In this document: positions 39,130 through 49,751 of the stretch, piece after piece
Layout of the letters: each line of letters starts with the position of its first letter
Position numbering within the stretch: the stretch's first letter is position 1
Assembly (NCBI GenBank): GCA_965223505.1
Contig: CBDCWP010000021.1
Location: forward strand, 64,001-128,000
From: Planctomycetota bacterium
GTDB lineage: Bacteria; Planctomycetota; PLA2; JAEUHO01
Length of the DNA stretch: 64,000 nt
Reading direction: 5' to 3'
Notes under the pieces: model-generated
What the model was told of the DNA's origin: nothing
The model's database searches: none
What the model saw: the letters and a program-made list of their open reading frames with translations, nothing else
Made by a program: the position numbers and the translations under genes

Positions 39130-42100
39130 ATGGCGGACGACGACAGCACACCTCCCGAGGAAGAGCGCGACACCGTGCTCGACGCCGGACTGCGCGCCGC
39201 GTACCCCAAGCGGGCGCGGGAGCAGCCGAGCATCATCGAACGCATCGAGCGGGTCAGCGGCGCCTCGTCACGCGTCCTGCTGCGGGACATCCCGGACGAG
39301 CACTCGCCCGTGTTGAAGATGCACAAGAAAGGCGATCCCGAGGGGGCCGAGGACGACACCCGTTATCAGGTGCTCGGCGAGATCGGACGCGGGGGCGTCG
39401 GCCTGATCTTCAAGAGCCGCGACCGCGACCTCGGCCGCGACGTCGCGCTCAAGGTGCTGCGCTCGGAGCACTTGGAGAAGGACGGCGTCGTCGATCGTTT
39501 CATCGAGGAGGCCCAGGTCGCCGGCCAGCTCCAACACCCGGGCATCGTCCCGGTGTACGGCATGGGCCTGCAGCCGGACGGGCGCCCCTTCTTCGTCATG
39601 AAGCTCGTCAAGGGGAAGACGCTGTCGGCGTTGCTCTCGGAACGGCGCAACGCACAGACCGACCGGCAGAAGTACCTCGCGATCTTCGAGCAGATCTGTC
39701 AGACGATGGCCTACTCGCACGCGAAGGGCGTAATCCACCGCGATCTGAAGCCCGCGAACATCATGGTCGGCGCGTTCGGCGAGCTGCAGATCATGGACTG
39801 GGGCTTTGCGAAGGTCCTCGGCCGCGACGAGCCGGAACAAGTGGCGCTGGACGACGCGGAGAGCCTCATCGCCACGGTGCGCACGGAAGCCGAGGGTTCG
39901 CAGTCGATCGCCGGCTCCATCATGGGCACGCCAGCCTACATGCCGCCGGAACAGGCCATGGGGCGCGTGGCGGACGTCGACGAGCGCGCGGACGTATTCG
40001 CAATGGGCTCGATCCTGTGTCAGATCTTGACCGGCGAGCCCGCGTACGTCGGCGAGGGCAGTGACCGGCTGATTCAGGCGGTGCGCGCGGACATCGACGA
40101 CGCGATGCAGCGCCTCGACGCGTGCGACGTCGACGACGATCTTCGAAAGCTGGCCAAGGCGTGCTTGTCCCCGACCCGCGGTGACCGGCCGCGCAACGCG
40201 GGTATCGTGGCGGACGCGTTCAGCGCGTACCTCGCGGGGATCGACGAACGTGCCCGCGCCGCCGAGCTCGAGGTCGTGAACGCGCGTGCCGAGGCGGAAC
40301 AACAGCGTGAGGCGGCGGTTCGCCAGCGCGCCAAGGCGGAGCAGGAACGCGAACGCGAGGCGCAGGCGCAATCGCGGATCGCGTTCGAGCGCAAGCGCAG
40401 ACGACGCACGTTCGCGCTGACGGGACTGGTGCTGGCGGCGCTGCTCGTCGGCGGTGGCGCGTTCTTCTTCGTCGCGCAGGAGCGCGCGGAGCAGGAGCGC
40501 GAGACGGAGCAGCGCGTCTATCGTGCGCTCGACGAAGCCGGACGGCTGCGCAGCGCGGGCAAGTACAGCGAAGCGACCGCCGTCGTCGAAGCCGCCATGG
40601 AAGCCGAGTGGGAAGACGACGAGCTTCGGCGCGAGGCCGGCGCGGTGATCTCCGCCATCATGAAGGAGGCGGGCGAGGCCCGGGACCGGGAGCTGCGCGC
40701 GCAGGCGGACGCAGCCTTGCTCGCCGAGCTGTCGGAGATCAGCGAGTGGGTCATGACCCAGTCGATCTACGTGCCGATGGGGCTCGATACCGACAAGACG
40801 GAAGAGCGCTACGCGAGAGCCTTCCTCGACTACGGCATCGATGTCGCGGATCGCGACGGACAGGAGCCGACGACCGCACAGATGATGGCGGGCGCGCAGC
40901 ACGTCGTGCCCGGTTCGCCGTTCGCCGTCGAGCTCGCCGCGGCGCTCGACGACTGGATCTACCTGCGCCGCGTGGCGCTCAGGCAGGATCGGTTCCAGTG
41001 GAATCGTCTGCGCAACCTCGCCAACCACCTCGATCCCGATCGTCGCCGCGCAAGACTCCGGGCCGCGGCACACGGATCGGATCTCGTCAAGCTGCGCGCA
41101 CTGGCGGAAGAGGCCGTTCGCAGCGGGGGGGAGATGCCGGCACGAACGCGCGCCGCGATCGGCCGGGCGCTGACCGACGCGTGGGACCCCAAGGGCGCAC
41201 TCGACTTCCTGCGCGATGCGCAACGCAAGCATCCGGGCGACCTTTGGATCCACCACTACGTCGCACACGCATGCGTTTACTCGAACCCCCCGTTGTGGGA
41301 AGAGGCAATCCGCGCGCGCATGGCGATCGTCGCCCTGCGACCGGAGTCGGCGCACGCCTGGTCGCAGCTCGCATACGTATACGTCGCGTCGGAGCAACAT
41401 GCCGACGCGATCGACGCCTACGCGCGTTCGCTGACGCTCGACTCGACGTCGTTCGTCCCGCACATGCAGTTCGGCATGGCGCAGGTCGCCGTCGGTGACG
41501 AAGCCCGTGCCCGCGCCGCGTACGAGGCCATCGAGCTGGACGAGCCCAACCTGCCCATGTTCCTGATGGGCGTCGGCATCGGTCTCGCCTCGAAGACGAA
41601 GCTGATCGACGCCAACCGCGTTTTGAAGGAAGCCGAGGGCCTCGATCCGTCGAACCCGCTGCTGCCGGGTGCGCGCGCGCAGCTCGCACTGGCTTCCAAC
41701 GATCCGGAAGGGGCGGTCGCGGCCGCAAAACGCTCCGTCGAGCTCGACGGCGGAACCGGCCCGAGCTACATGACCCTCGGGAGAATCCAGTCGCAGCTCG
41801 GCAACATCGACGCGGCGATCGAGGCCTACCGCGGCGCGGTCAAGGCCCAGCCCGGCTTCATGACCTACGGCTTCTTCATCGACATGCTCGAGCACACGGG
41901 CCGCACCGACACGTGGGTCGAGGTGCTGCGGGAAGCGGCGGCGGCGCACCCGAACAAGTACTGGTTCCAGTCCGCGCTTGCGCGTGGGCTCATCTCGCAG
42001 GGGAAGATCGAGGAAGGCTTGACGTACCTCGACCGCGCGACCGAGCTGCGGCCCGACGAGAAGGTCATCCGTGTCGAGGTCGTGCTGAAGCTGATGGCGC

Positions 42101-42444
42101 GCCTCGAGGACCCGAGTCCGGCGATCCTGAAGGCGGCCCGCGAGCTGGCGACGTACGCCACGCAGCTCGATGAGCCGCACGACGCGGCGTGGGACGCGAT
42201 GGCAGCGGTACACATTCGCGCCGGCGAGCTCGACGCAGCAGAAGCCGCGCTGTCGAAGACCCCCGCGACCGAGACGAGCCGCCATGCTTCCCTGCGCGCG
42301 CTGTTGGCGCTGGAGCGCGGCGACAAGGCGGGCGCCCGGGCGCTGCTTCCGAAGATCTACGGGTTCATGCGCGCCACACGCTGGGACCCATTCTGGTTGG
42401 ACATCACGGGCGAGCTGCGAGCGCGCCTGCAAGAGGGCGACTGA
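39130..42444 (+). CDS. Ser/Thr protein kinase with TM helix and TPR repeats
   Basis: [32 protein letters not shown] and DVFAMG, followed by a coiled coil, a TM helix and TPR-like repeats. Confidence 0.92.
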   Translation: MADDDSTPPEEERDTVLDAGLRAAYPKRAREQPSIIERIERVSGASSRVLLRDIPDEHSPVLKMHKKGDPEGAEDDTRYQVLGEIGRGGVGLIFKSRDRDLGRDVALKVLRSEHLEKDGVVDRFIEEAQVAGQLQHPGIVPVYGMGLQPDGRPFFVMKLVKGKTLSALLSERRNAQTDRQKYLAIFEQICQTMAYSHAKGVIHRDLKPANIMVGAFGELQIMDWGFAKVLGRDEPEQVALDDAESLIATVRTEAEGSQSIAGSIMGTPAYMPPEQAMGRVADVDERADVFAMGSILCQILTGEPAYVGEGSDRLIQAVRADIDDAMQRLDACDVDDDLRKLAKACLSPTRGDRPRNAGIVADAFSAYLAGIDERARAAELEVVNARAEAEQQREAAVRQRAKAEQEREREAQAQSRIAFERKRRRRTFALTGLVLAALLVGGGAFFFVAQERAEQERETEQRVYRALDEAGRLRSAGKYSEATAVVEAAMEAEWEDDELRREAGAVISAIMKEAGEARDRELRAQADAALLAELSEISEWVMTQSIYVPMGLDTDKTEERYARAFLDYGIDVADRDGQEPTTAQMMAGAQHVVPGSPFAVELAAALDDWIYLRRVALRQDRFQWNRLRNLANHLDPDRRRARLRAAAHGSDLVKLRALAEEAVRSGGEMPARTRAAIGRALTDAWDPKGALDFLRDAQRKHPGDLWIHHYVAHACVYSNPPLWEEAIRARMAIVALRPESAHAWSQLAYVYVASEQHADAIDAYARSLTLDSTSFVPHMQFGMAQVAVGDEARARAAYEAIELDEPNLPMFLMGVGIGLASKTKLIDANRVLKEAEGLDPSNPLLPGARAQLALASNDPEGAVAAAKRSVELDGGTGPSYMTLGRIQSQLGNIDAAIEAYRGAVKAQPGFMTYGFFIDMLEHTGRTDTWVEVLREAAAAHPNKYWFQSALARGLISQGKIEEGLTYLDRATELRPDEKVIRVEVVLKLMARLEDPSPAILKAARELATYATQLDEPHDAAWDAMAAVHIRAGELDAAEAALSKTPATETSRHASLRALLALERGDKAGARALLPKIYGFMRATRWDPFWLDITGELRARLQEGD

Positions 42445-42445
42445 G

Positions 42446-45250
42446 TTGACCGAGGACCCGAGTCAAGACCCCACCGAGTTCAGCATCCTCGCGAATCTGC
42501 AACGGCAGGGCCGCCGTGCGCCGCGCGTCCACCTGCGCAAGTTGGACGCGGACGAAGGCGAGCGCACGGGCGGCATCGGACGCTACGAGGTGCGCGGGGA
42601 GATCGCGCGCGGCGGCGTCGGCATCGTGCTCAAGGGCCGTGACGTCGACCTGGGTCGCGACGTCGCGATGAAGGTGCTGCGCGAAGAGCACGCCGGCAAG
42701 CCGGATCTCGTACAGCGATTCGTCGAAGAAGCGCAGATCGGCGGCCAGCTGCAACACCCCGGCATCGTGCCGATCTACGAGCTCGGCCTGCGCGACGATC
42801 GCCAACCGTACTTCTCGATGAAGCTCGTCAAAGGCGAGACGCTCGCGGCGTTGCTCGGCAAGCGCGAGAGCCCGGCCCACGACGTACGGCGGCTCGTCGG
42901 GATCTTCGAGCAGGTCTGCCAGACCATGGCGTACGCACACTCGCGAGGCGTGATTCACCGCGACCTGAAGCCGTCGAACATCATGGTCGGCGCGTTCGGC
43001 GAGGTGCAGGTCGTCGACTGGGGCTTCGCGAAGGTGTTGCAGCAAGGCGGCATCGCCGATGAGCGCAAGGCGAAGCGCGCCCGCGACGACTCGACCGTCA
43101 TCACGACCGCGCGCACCGCATCACAGGACGAGTCGGAGATCGGCTCGGTGATGGGCACGCCGGCATACATGCCGCCCGAGCAGGCGCTCGGCCGCGTCGA
43201 GGAGCTCGACGAACGCTCCGACGTCTTCGCGCTCGGAGCGATCCTCTGCGAGATCCTGACCGGCAAGCCGGCGTACCACGGCGATGCGAAGAGCTCGCTT
43301 CGCGCCGCGTCGCAAGCGCGACTGGAGGCGGCGGAGGAAGCACTGCGAACGTGCGGTGCCGACGAGGACCTCGTCCGCATCGCGCGCGACGCCTTGCAGC
43401 CGACCCGCCGCAAGCGTCCGGCGAACGCGGGCATCCTGGCGCAGCGCGTCGCGGCGTATACGGCGTCGCTCGAAGAGCGTGCGCACCGCGCAGCGCTCGA
43501 AGCGGCACAAGCACGGGAGGCCGCCGCGCGCGAACGACGCGCGGCCGCCGAGGGACAAGCGGCAGCGGAAGAAGCGCGCGCCGCGGCGGAGCGCGCCGAC
43601 GCCGACGTGGAACAGCAGCAGCGCGCGCGGCGACAGGCGTTTCTCCTCGGTTCCGCCGCCGTCGTCCTCGTCGTGATCGCCGTCGGGACGTTCTTCTGGG
43701 TGCGCAAGGTCGGACGCGACGAACGGCGCGAGACGGCACGTCGGGTCGAAGCGAGCATGCAGGAAGCCCGCGAACATCGCGCCGCGGGGGATCTCGGCGC
43801 CGCCGCGGCCGCGGCGCGCCACGCCGTCGAGCTGTCGTACGGCAAGTCCGTGGCGCGGGTGTTGGCGGACACGGGCGCGCAGCCGGGGCACGACGTCCGG
43901 CGCCCGCTCTTGCTGCTGCAGGACATCAACGGCGAGCAGGCCGCGAACGTCGCGGAATCCGAGCGCAGGCGCCGCAACGACGAGTTCGTTCGGAGGCTCT
44001 CGGAGATCCGGCTGAGCCGAACCGACGTGATGGCCGACATCGACACCGAAGAGGTCTACGGCGACGCGTTCCGCGAGTTCGGTGTCGACGTGGCGACCCT
44101 TCCGGTCGCGGAGACCGCCGACTACCTGCGCAAGAACGCGCCGGAGATCATGAGCGACGTGGCCGGCTACCTCGACGACTGGGCGCTCGACCTGCATTCC
44201 GACCGGGGCCTCGATGGGAAGAACGAGAAGGGCGAGCTGGTGGCGCGGCTGTTCGACGTCGCCACAGCGATCGATCCCGATCCCTGGCGGCGCAAGCTGC
44301 GCGCCGCGATCGTCGCCGATGACAAGGCGACGCTGAAGGCGCTGGCGTCGGAGAGCGACGTGGAGGCGCTCACGCCGAAGTCCATGGTGCTCCTCGGCGT
44401 GGCGCTGGGGTTCTCGACGATCATGGAGGACGCCGATGCGGGCGAAGCGGTGACCGGGTTCCTGCGCCGCGCGGTCCTCGTCCACCCGGACGACCTGTGG
44501 CTGCGGTTGGCCATGGTCGCGACGTCCATGTTCGCCATCATCGGGCAGGTCGGCGACGAGGACTTCGAGGCGAAGCAGAACGCAGCGGCGCGCGAAGGTG
44601 TGCGCCACCTCACGGCGGCGGCCGCGCTACGACCCGGCAGCGCCGCCATCTTGGGATTCCGGGCGATGCTGCGCATGCACCTGAAGGACTACGAGAGCGC
44701 GGCCGCCGACTTCGAGGATGCGATGCCGCTTCTGGAAGGCGAGGAACGGGCGGCGATCGCCGCCGCGTGGGTCAACATGCTCTGGCTCCAAAAGGAGTAC
44801 GAGCGAGCCTTGAAGGCGGCGGAGACCTCGCTCACGGCCAACCCGGAGAGCGCGGTGCTGCGCAGCCAGGTGGCCGACATGCTCATGCGCGGTCCGGTGC
44901 GCGACGTGAAACGCGCTCTGACGTTGGCCGTCGAGGCGCGGGATCTCTTCCCGGAACAACACGCGTCGTACGACTGGATCGTCGCGAAGGCCCAGTACGA
45001 GAACGGCCTCTACCGAGACGTCCTCGCGACGTGCGGGCCCTTGATCACCGAAGACGGCGAGCGGCAGGCATTCGAGACGCATGCAGTGATTCTCTCGGGA
45101 CTCGCACACGCGGCGTTGAACGAGACGGACAAGGCACAGGCGTTCTATGACGAGGCCGCGGCCGTCATCCAAGGCCGGCCCGTGTTGGAAGACATCGCTC
45201 CGTACTGGGTGAAGCTGAAAGCGCTCTTCGAGGAGTCCGGCGACAAGTAG
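42446..45250 (+). CDS. Ser/Thr protein kinase with TM helix and TPR repeats (paralogue)
   Basis: Probable TTG start 1 nt after the upstream stop. [22 protein letters not shown] and [10 protein letters not shown]. Confidence 0.9.
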   Translation: MTEDPSQDPTEFSILANLQRQGRRAPRVHLRKLDADEGERTGGIGRYEVRGEIARGGVGIVLKGRDVDLGRDVAMKVLREEHAGKPDLVQRFVEEAQIGGQLQHPGIVPIYELGLRDDRQPYFSMKLVKGETLAALLGKRESPAHDVRRLVGIFEQVCQTMAYAHSRGVIHRDLKPSNIMVGAFGEVQVVDWGFAKVLQQGGIADERKAKRARDDSTVITTARTASQDESEIGSVMGTPAYMPPEQALGRVEELDERSDVFALGAILCEILTGKPAYHGDAKSSLRAASQARLEAAEEALRTCGADEDLVRIARDALQPTRRKRPANAGILAQRVAAYTASLEERAHRAALEAAQAREAAARERRAAAEGQAAAEEARAAAERADADVEQQQRARRQAFLLGSAAVVLVVIAVGTFFWVRKVGRDERRETARRVEASMQEAREHRAAGDLGAAAAAARHAVELSYGKSVARVLADTGAQPGHDVRRPLLLLQDINGEQAANVAESERRRRNDEFVRRLSEIRLSRTDVMADIDTEEVYGDAFREFGVDVATLPVAETADYLRKNAPEIMSDVAGYLDDWALDLHSDRGLDGKNEKGELVARLFDVATAIDPDPWRRKLRAAIVADDKATLKALASESDVEALTPKSMVLLGVALGFSTIMEDADAGEAVTGFLRRAVLVHPDDLWLRLAMVATSMFAIIGQVGDEDFEAKQNAAAREGVRHLTAAAALRPGSAAILGFRAMLRMHLKDYESAAADFEDAMPLLEGEERAAIAAAWVNMLWLQKEYERALKAAETSLTANPESAVLRSQVADMLMRGPVRDVKRALTLAVEARDLFPEQHASYDWIVAKAQYENGLYRDVLATCGPLITEDGERQAFETHAVILSGLAHAALNETDKAQAFYDEAAAVIQGRPVLEDIAPYWVKLKALFEESGDK

Positions 45251-45306
45251 CGCTCCCCGGCCCGGCTCTGCTAGGGTGCGCGGCCCGTCCCCAGGGAGTC
45301 GCAGTC

Positions 45307-46872
45307 GTGCAGCTCGGTTTCGTCATCGATCACTCGCGCTGCATCGGCTGCCACGCGTGCACCGTCGCCTGCAAGAGCGAGAACGACGTTCCGCTCGGCA
45401 ACTTCCGCACGTGGGTCAAGTACACCGAGACAGGTTCCTTCCCGTCGGTGAAGCGCTCGTTCGCGGTGCTTCGCTGCAACCAGTGCACGAACGCCCCGTG
45501 CGTGACGATCTGTCCGGTGCACGCGCTGGACAAGGGCTCGAACGGCATCGTCGACGTCGATCCCGACCGCTGCATCGGCTGCAAGAGCTGCATGCAGGCG
45601 TGTCCGTACGACGCGCTCTACATCAACGATGCCAGCGGCACCGCACAGAAGTGCCACTTCTGCGCCCATCGCGTCGAGCAGGACCTGGCGCCCGCTTGCG
45701 CGGTCGTCTGCCCCACGGAAGCGATCATCCCGGGCGACTTCGACGACCCCAAGAGCCGCGTCTCGAAGATGCGCGCGTCGGGCGAGTTGAAGGCGCGCAA
45801 GACCGAGGCGGGCACCGGCCCCAACGTCTTCTACCGCGAGGTCGCCGACGCCGGCATCGACCCGCTGCAGACCAACGCGGCCGGCGGCTACCTGTGGGCG
45901 AACCAGATCCCGAACGTGCAGGTCGCGTCGGAGCAATGGGAGGCGATGGAGGCGCGCGCGTCGGGCTTCGGGGCCGCATCGCGCACGGTCTACGACATCC
46001 AGAACCCGCCGCTCTGGGGCTGGAAGGTCTCTGCCTACCTGTTCACGAAGGCGATTGCCGCCGGCGTCGTGGTCGCCGCGACGCCGCTCGTCCTGAGCAC
46101 CATGTTCCACGACGTCCCGTACGGCGAGACGCCGATCGCGTGGGCGGCCGGGATCGGGCTGGCGTTCCTCGCGATCACGGCGGTCCTGCTCGTTGCGGAC
46201 CTCAAGCGCCCCGCTCGCTTCCTCTTCATCCTGCGTTACCCCAACTGGTCCTCGTGGCTCACCCGCGGCGCCGTGATCCTCGGTCTCTACGGGCTCCTGC
46301 TCGTCGTGCTGCTGTTGCTCTTCGCGCTGGGGATCGACCCCGGCTTCACGGCGGCGGCGGTGCTGATGGGACTGACGGCGATCGTCGGCGGACTGACGGC
46401 CGTCTACACCGCCTGGTTGTTCGCCCAGGCCAAGGGTCGCGTGTGGTGGATGCGGCGTCAGCTCGCGCGACATCTCTTCTTCAAGTCGTGGCTCGCGGGG
46501 TGCGCCGTGCTGATCTTGATCTTCTCGGCCGCCCCGTTCGAGTCGTCGGACTGGGCGATCCTGCAGCAGATGTTCGGCCTCGGTCTGATGGCGCATGCCT
46601 TGTTCATCGGCATGGAGTCGACGTTGTTCCCTGCCGGGCGCCGTGCCGAGTTCGAACGCACCGCGCGACTCGTGAAGAAGGGGCCGTTCGCCGTGCAGCA
46701 CAAGCTCGTCGGCGTCGGTGTCGGCGTCGTGGTGCCGCTGCTGTGCCTCGGCGTCGCGTTTGGATCGGAGCCGAGCTGGGTACTGCCGATCGGCGCCGTC
46801 GCCGCTCTGATCGGACTGGCGAGCGAAGAGGACCTGTTGGTGAGGGCCGGGCAGGCGTTGCCCATCCACTAG
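45307..46872 (+). CDS. Fused four-cluster 4Fe-4S protein (DmsB/NrfC-like) + NrfD/PsrC-type membrane anchor
   Basis: CIGCHACTVAC, CNQCTNAPCVTICP, CIGCKSCMQACP and KCHFC...PACAVVCP, then WGWKVSAYLF, DLKRPARF, SWLTRG and multiple TM helices. Confidence 0.9.
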   Translation: MQLGFVIDHSRCIGCHACTVACKSENDVPLGNFRTWVKYTETGSFPSVKRSFAVLRCNQCTNAPCVTICPVHALDKGSNGIVDVDPDRCIGCKSCMQACPYDALYINDASGTAQKCHFCAHRVEQDLAPACAVVCPTEAIIPGDFDDPKSRVSKMRASGELKARKTEAGTGPNVFYREVADAGIDPLQTNAAGGYLWANQIPNVQVASEQWEAMEARASGFGAASRTVYDIQNPPLWGWKVSAYLFTKAIAAGVVVAATPLVLSTMFHDVPYGETPIAWAAGIGLAFLAITAVLLVADLKRPARFLFILRYPNWSSWLTRGAVILGLYGLLLVVLLLLFALGIDPGFTAAAVLMGLTAIVGGLTAVYTAWLFAQAKGRVWWMRRQLARHLFFKSWLAGCAVLILIFSAAPFESSDWAILQQMFGLGLMAHALFIGMESTLFPAGRRAEFERTARLVKKGPFAVQHKLVGVGVGVVVPLLCLGVAFGSEPSWVLPIGAVAALIGLASEEDLLVRAGQALPIH

Positions 46873-46879
46873 GAGTCAC

Positions 46880-49540
46880 GTGACCACGCCCTATCGCACA
46901 TCCCCGTGGGAGCTTCAGGTCGGCCCGGCGCCCGACCAGTGGGACGATTGGGTCGAGCTCGATCCGGCCGCGTGGCCGCAGCGCAAGGAACTCCACTATC
47001 GCTGCGTGCCCACGATCTGCTTCAACTGCGAGTCGGCGTGCGGGCTGCTCGCGTTCGTCGACAAGGCGACGGGCGAGATCAAGAAGTTCGAAGGCAACCC
47101 GGTCCACCCCGGCAGCCGCGGCCGCACGTGCGCGAAGGGCCCGGCGACGATCAACCAGGTCCACGACACCGAGCGCATCCTCCAGCCGCTCAAGCGATCC
47201 GGGCCGCGCGGCTCCGGCAGGTTCGAGTCGGTGTCCTGGGAGGAGGCGCTCGAGGACATCGGCGGCCGCATCCGCAAGGCCCTCGACGAAGACCGCCACG
47301 ACGAGGTCATGTACCACGTGGGCCGCCCCGGCGACGACCACTTCATCCCGCGCATGCTGACGGCCTGGGGCGTGGACGGGCACAACAGCCACACCAACGT
47401 CTGCAGCGCGTCGGCGCGCACGGGCATGGCGCTTTGGTGCGGCGCCGACCGGCCTTCGCCCGACTACACGGACACCAAGTTCATCTTGCTCATCTCCGCA
47501 CACCTGGAGACGGGGCACTACTTCAACCCGCACGCGCAGCGGATCATGGACGCGAAAACGAACGGCGCGCGCATCGCCGTCGTCGACACGCGCCTGAGCA
47601 ACACCGCGACCCACGCCGATCACTGGATCTCCACCTGGCCGGGCAGCGAGGCCGCGCTCCTGCTGGGCGTCGCGCACCAGCTGCTTGCGACGAACCGCAT
47701 CGACCGCGACTACGTGGAGAAGTGGACCAACTGGGCGCAGTACCTCGAGGCCAAGGACGCGGGTGGGCCGGGTACGTTCGATCGCTTCCTCGAGCTGCTG
47801 ACCGCCGAATACGCCGCGTTCACGCCCGCGTACGTCGCGGAAGAGTGCCGTGTGCCGGAAGACACGGTCACCACGCTGGCGGACGAGATCGCCGCGGCCG
47901 AAGGCAAGTTCGCGAGCCACCTCTGGCGCAACGCCGCGAGCGGCAACCTCGGCGGCTGGCAGATCATGCGCTCTCTCATGCTGCTGCACGTGCTGACCGG
48001 CAGCTTCGGCACGCAGGGCGGGCTCAACCCGAACAGCTGGGACAAGTTCGTGCCCAAGCCGAGCGAGTCGCCGCCGCCGATCACGCGCTGGAACGAGCTG
48101 ATCTGGCCCAAGGAGTGGCCGCTCGCGCACTACGAGATGAGCTTCCTACTGCCCCACCTCCTGCGTGAACAAGAGAAGCGCATCGAGGTGTACTTCACGA
48201 GGGTCTACAACCCCGTCTGGACCAATCCCGACGGATGCTCGTGGATCGAGATGCTCGAAGACGAGAGCAAGGTCGGTTGCCACGTCGCGCTCACGCCGAT
48301 CTGGTCGGAGTCGGCGCAGTGGGCGGACTACGTGCTGCCGATGGGGCTGGGGCCCGAGCGCCACGACGTCATGAGCCAGGAGACGCACGCCGGAACGTGG
48401 ATCGGGTTCCGCCAACCGGTGAACCTGGAATACCGGCGCCGCGAGGGCGAAGAGCTCTCGCAGACCCTGGGTACGAACCCGGGCGAGGTGTGGGAAGAGG
48501 CCGAATTCTGGGTGGCGTTGACCCACCGCATCGATCCCGACGGCTCGCGCGGCATTCGCAAGTACTACGAGTCGAAGCAACACCCGGGCGAGCCGATCTC
48601 GCTCGACGAGTACTACGCCGACATCTTCGAGCACTCGGTGCCGGGCCTGCCGGAGGCGGCGAAGGCCGAGGGCCTGGACCCGCTCGCGTACATGCGCAAG
48701 TACGCGGCGTTCGACGTGCCCTACGAAGGACAGCGACGCTACGAGAAGGACGGGTTCAAGACGCCGAGCAAGAAGCTCGAGATCTTCTCGTCGACGCTGG
48801 CGGACTGGGGCCACGCCGACGCCGCGACGCCGGGCTACGTGCGCTCGCACGTGCACTGGCGCAACCTCGCCGACGGCGAGATGACGCTGTTGCCGACCTT
48901 CCGGCTGCCGACGCTCATCCACACGCGCTCGGGCAATGCGAAGTGGCTCCAGGAGATCTCGCACACCAACCCGCTGTGGATCCATCCACAGGACGCGGCG
49001 CGGCTCGGCATCGAGAACGGCGGCTTGGCGCGCGTGAGCACGCGCATCGGCTACTTCGTCCTGCGCGCGTGGGTGACCGAGGGGATCCACCCCGGCATCG
49101 TCGCGTGCTCGCACCACGTCGGGCGCTGGCGCACGCAGCGGGAGATCGGCGGGCAGCGACAGGCGTCGGCGCTCGTGGACATCGAGCGCGGCGACGGCAC
49201 GTTCCGGTTCCGCCAGAAGCAGAAGGTCGAGCCGTACGCGAGCGCCGATCCCGATTCCGAGCGGCTCTGGTGGCACGAGGTCGGCGTCAACCAGAACCTC
49301 ACGTTTCCCGTGCAGCCGGATCCGGTGAGCGGCATGCACTGTTGGCACCAGGTCGTCACGGTCGAGACGGCGAAGGACGACGACCGCTACGGCGATATCT
49401 TCGTGGACACCAAGCTCGCGCGGACGCACTACGAAGCGTGGCTGGAGAAGGCCGTGCCGGCGCCGGGCCCCGGCGGGCTGCGACGGCCGCTGTGGCTCAA
49501 TCGGCCCCTGCATCCCACCGAGGATGCCTACCGGATGTAG
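46880..49540 (+). CDS. Molybdopterin-dependent oxidoreductase catalytic subunit (DMSO reductase superfamily), no Tat signal
   Basis: CFNCESAC...TCAKG (4Fe-4S), HNSHTNVCS, ADYVLP, FKTPSKKLE and NPLWIHPQDAARLGI. Confidence 0.9.
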   Translation: MTTPYRTSPWELQVGPAPDQWDDWVELDPAAWPQRKELHYRCVPTICFNCESACGLLAFVDKATGEIKKFEGNPVHPGSRGRTCAKGPATINQVHDTERILQPLKRSGPRGSGRFESVSWEEALEDIGGRIRKALDEDRHDEVMYHVGRPGDDHFIPRMLTAWGVDGHNSHTNVCSASARTGMALWCGADRPSPDYTDTKFILLISAHLETGHYFNPHAQRIMDAKTNGARIAVVDTRLSNTATHADHWISTWPGSEAALLLGVAHQLLATNRIDRDYVEKWTNWAQYLEAKDAGGPGTFDRFLELLTAEYAAFTPAYVAEECRVPEDTVTTLADEIAAAEGKFASHLWRNAASGNLGGWQIMRSLMLLHVLTGSFGTQGGLNPNSWDKFVPKPSESPPPITRWNELIWPKEWPLAHYEMSFLLPHLLREQEKRIEVYFTRVYNPVWTNPDGCSWIEMLEDESKVGCHVALTPIWSESAQWADYVLPMGLGPERHDVMSQETHAGTWIGFRQPVNLEYRRREGEELSQTLGTNPGEVWEEAEFWVALTHRIDPDGSRGIRKYYESKQHPGEPISLDEYYADIFEHSVPGLPEAAKAEGLDPLAYMRKYAAFDVPYEGQRRYEKDGFKTPSKKLEIFSSTLADWGHADAATPGYVRSHVHWRNLADGEMTLLPTFRLPTLIHTRSGNAKWLQEISHTNPLWIHPQDAARLGIENGGLARVSTRIGYFVLRAWVTEGIHPGIVACSHHVGRWRTQREIGGQRQASALVDIERGDGTFRFRQKQKVEPYASADPDSERLWWHEVGVNQNLTFPVQPDPVSGMHCWHQVVTVETAKDDDRYGDIFVDTKLARTHYEAWLEKAVPAPGPGGLRRPLWLNRPLHPTEDAYRM

Positions 49541-49751
49541 GGGGGCGCTTGGGCAGCCACAAGGGCAGCCCCTACGGGGAATCGTCACGTGCACGTGAAC
49601 GTGCACGACACCCCGGACCGCGACGCGGTGAACGCGGATACGGATGTAGGGGCGACCCTCGTGGTCGCCCAATTAAACGTCTCTTGGCGTCCCGGGTTGG
49701 GCAGCCACAAGGGCTGCCCCTACACGCGTTCAATGCATGGGCTGCCCCTAC
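49537..49751. repeat. Cluster of GTAG-family REP elements (BIME/REPIN-like)
   Basis: 25-nt units of the form GTAGGGGC(GA/AG)CCCT(T/C)GTGG(TC/CT)GCCC at 49646-49670 (+) and 49699-49723 (-), a variant at 49551-49575 (-), a half unit at 49739-49751 (-) and a GTAGGGGG remnant at 49537. Confidence 0.8.

Noticed and set aside
39268..42432. 1054-aa antisense ORF, and similar long shadow ORFs (7506-9554, 35429-37627, 49572-52061, 50288-52111)
   Set aside because: They overlap well-supported genes and have no recognisable motifs. Such ORFs are expected in high-GC DNA with strong codon bias.
49537..49751. Possible CRISPR array
   Set aside because: The units alternate in orientation, spacing is irregular, they begin with GTAG plus a palindrome, and no cas genes are present. 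This fits REP elements.
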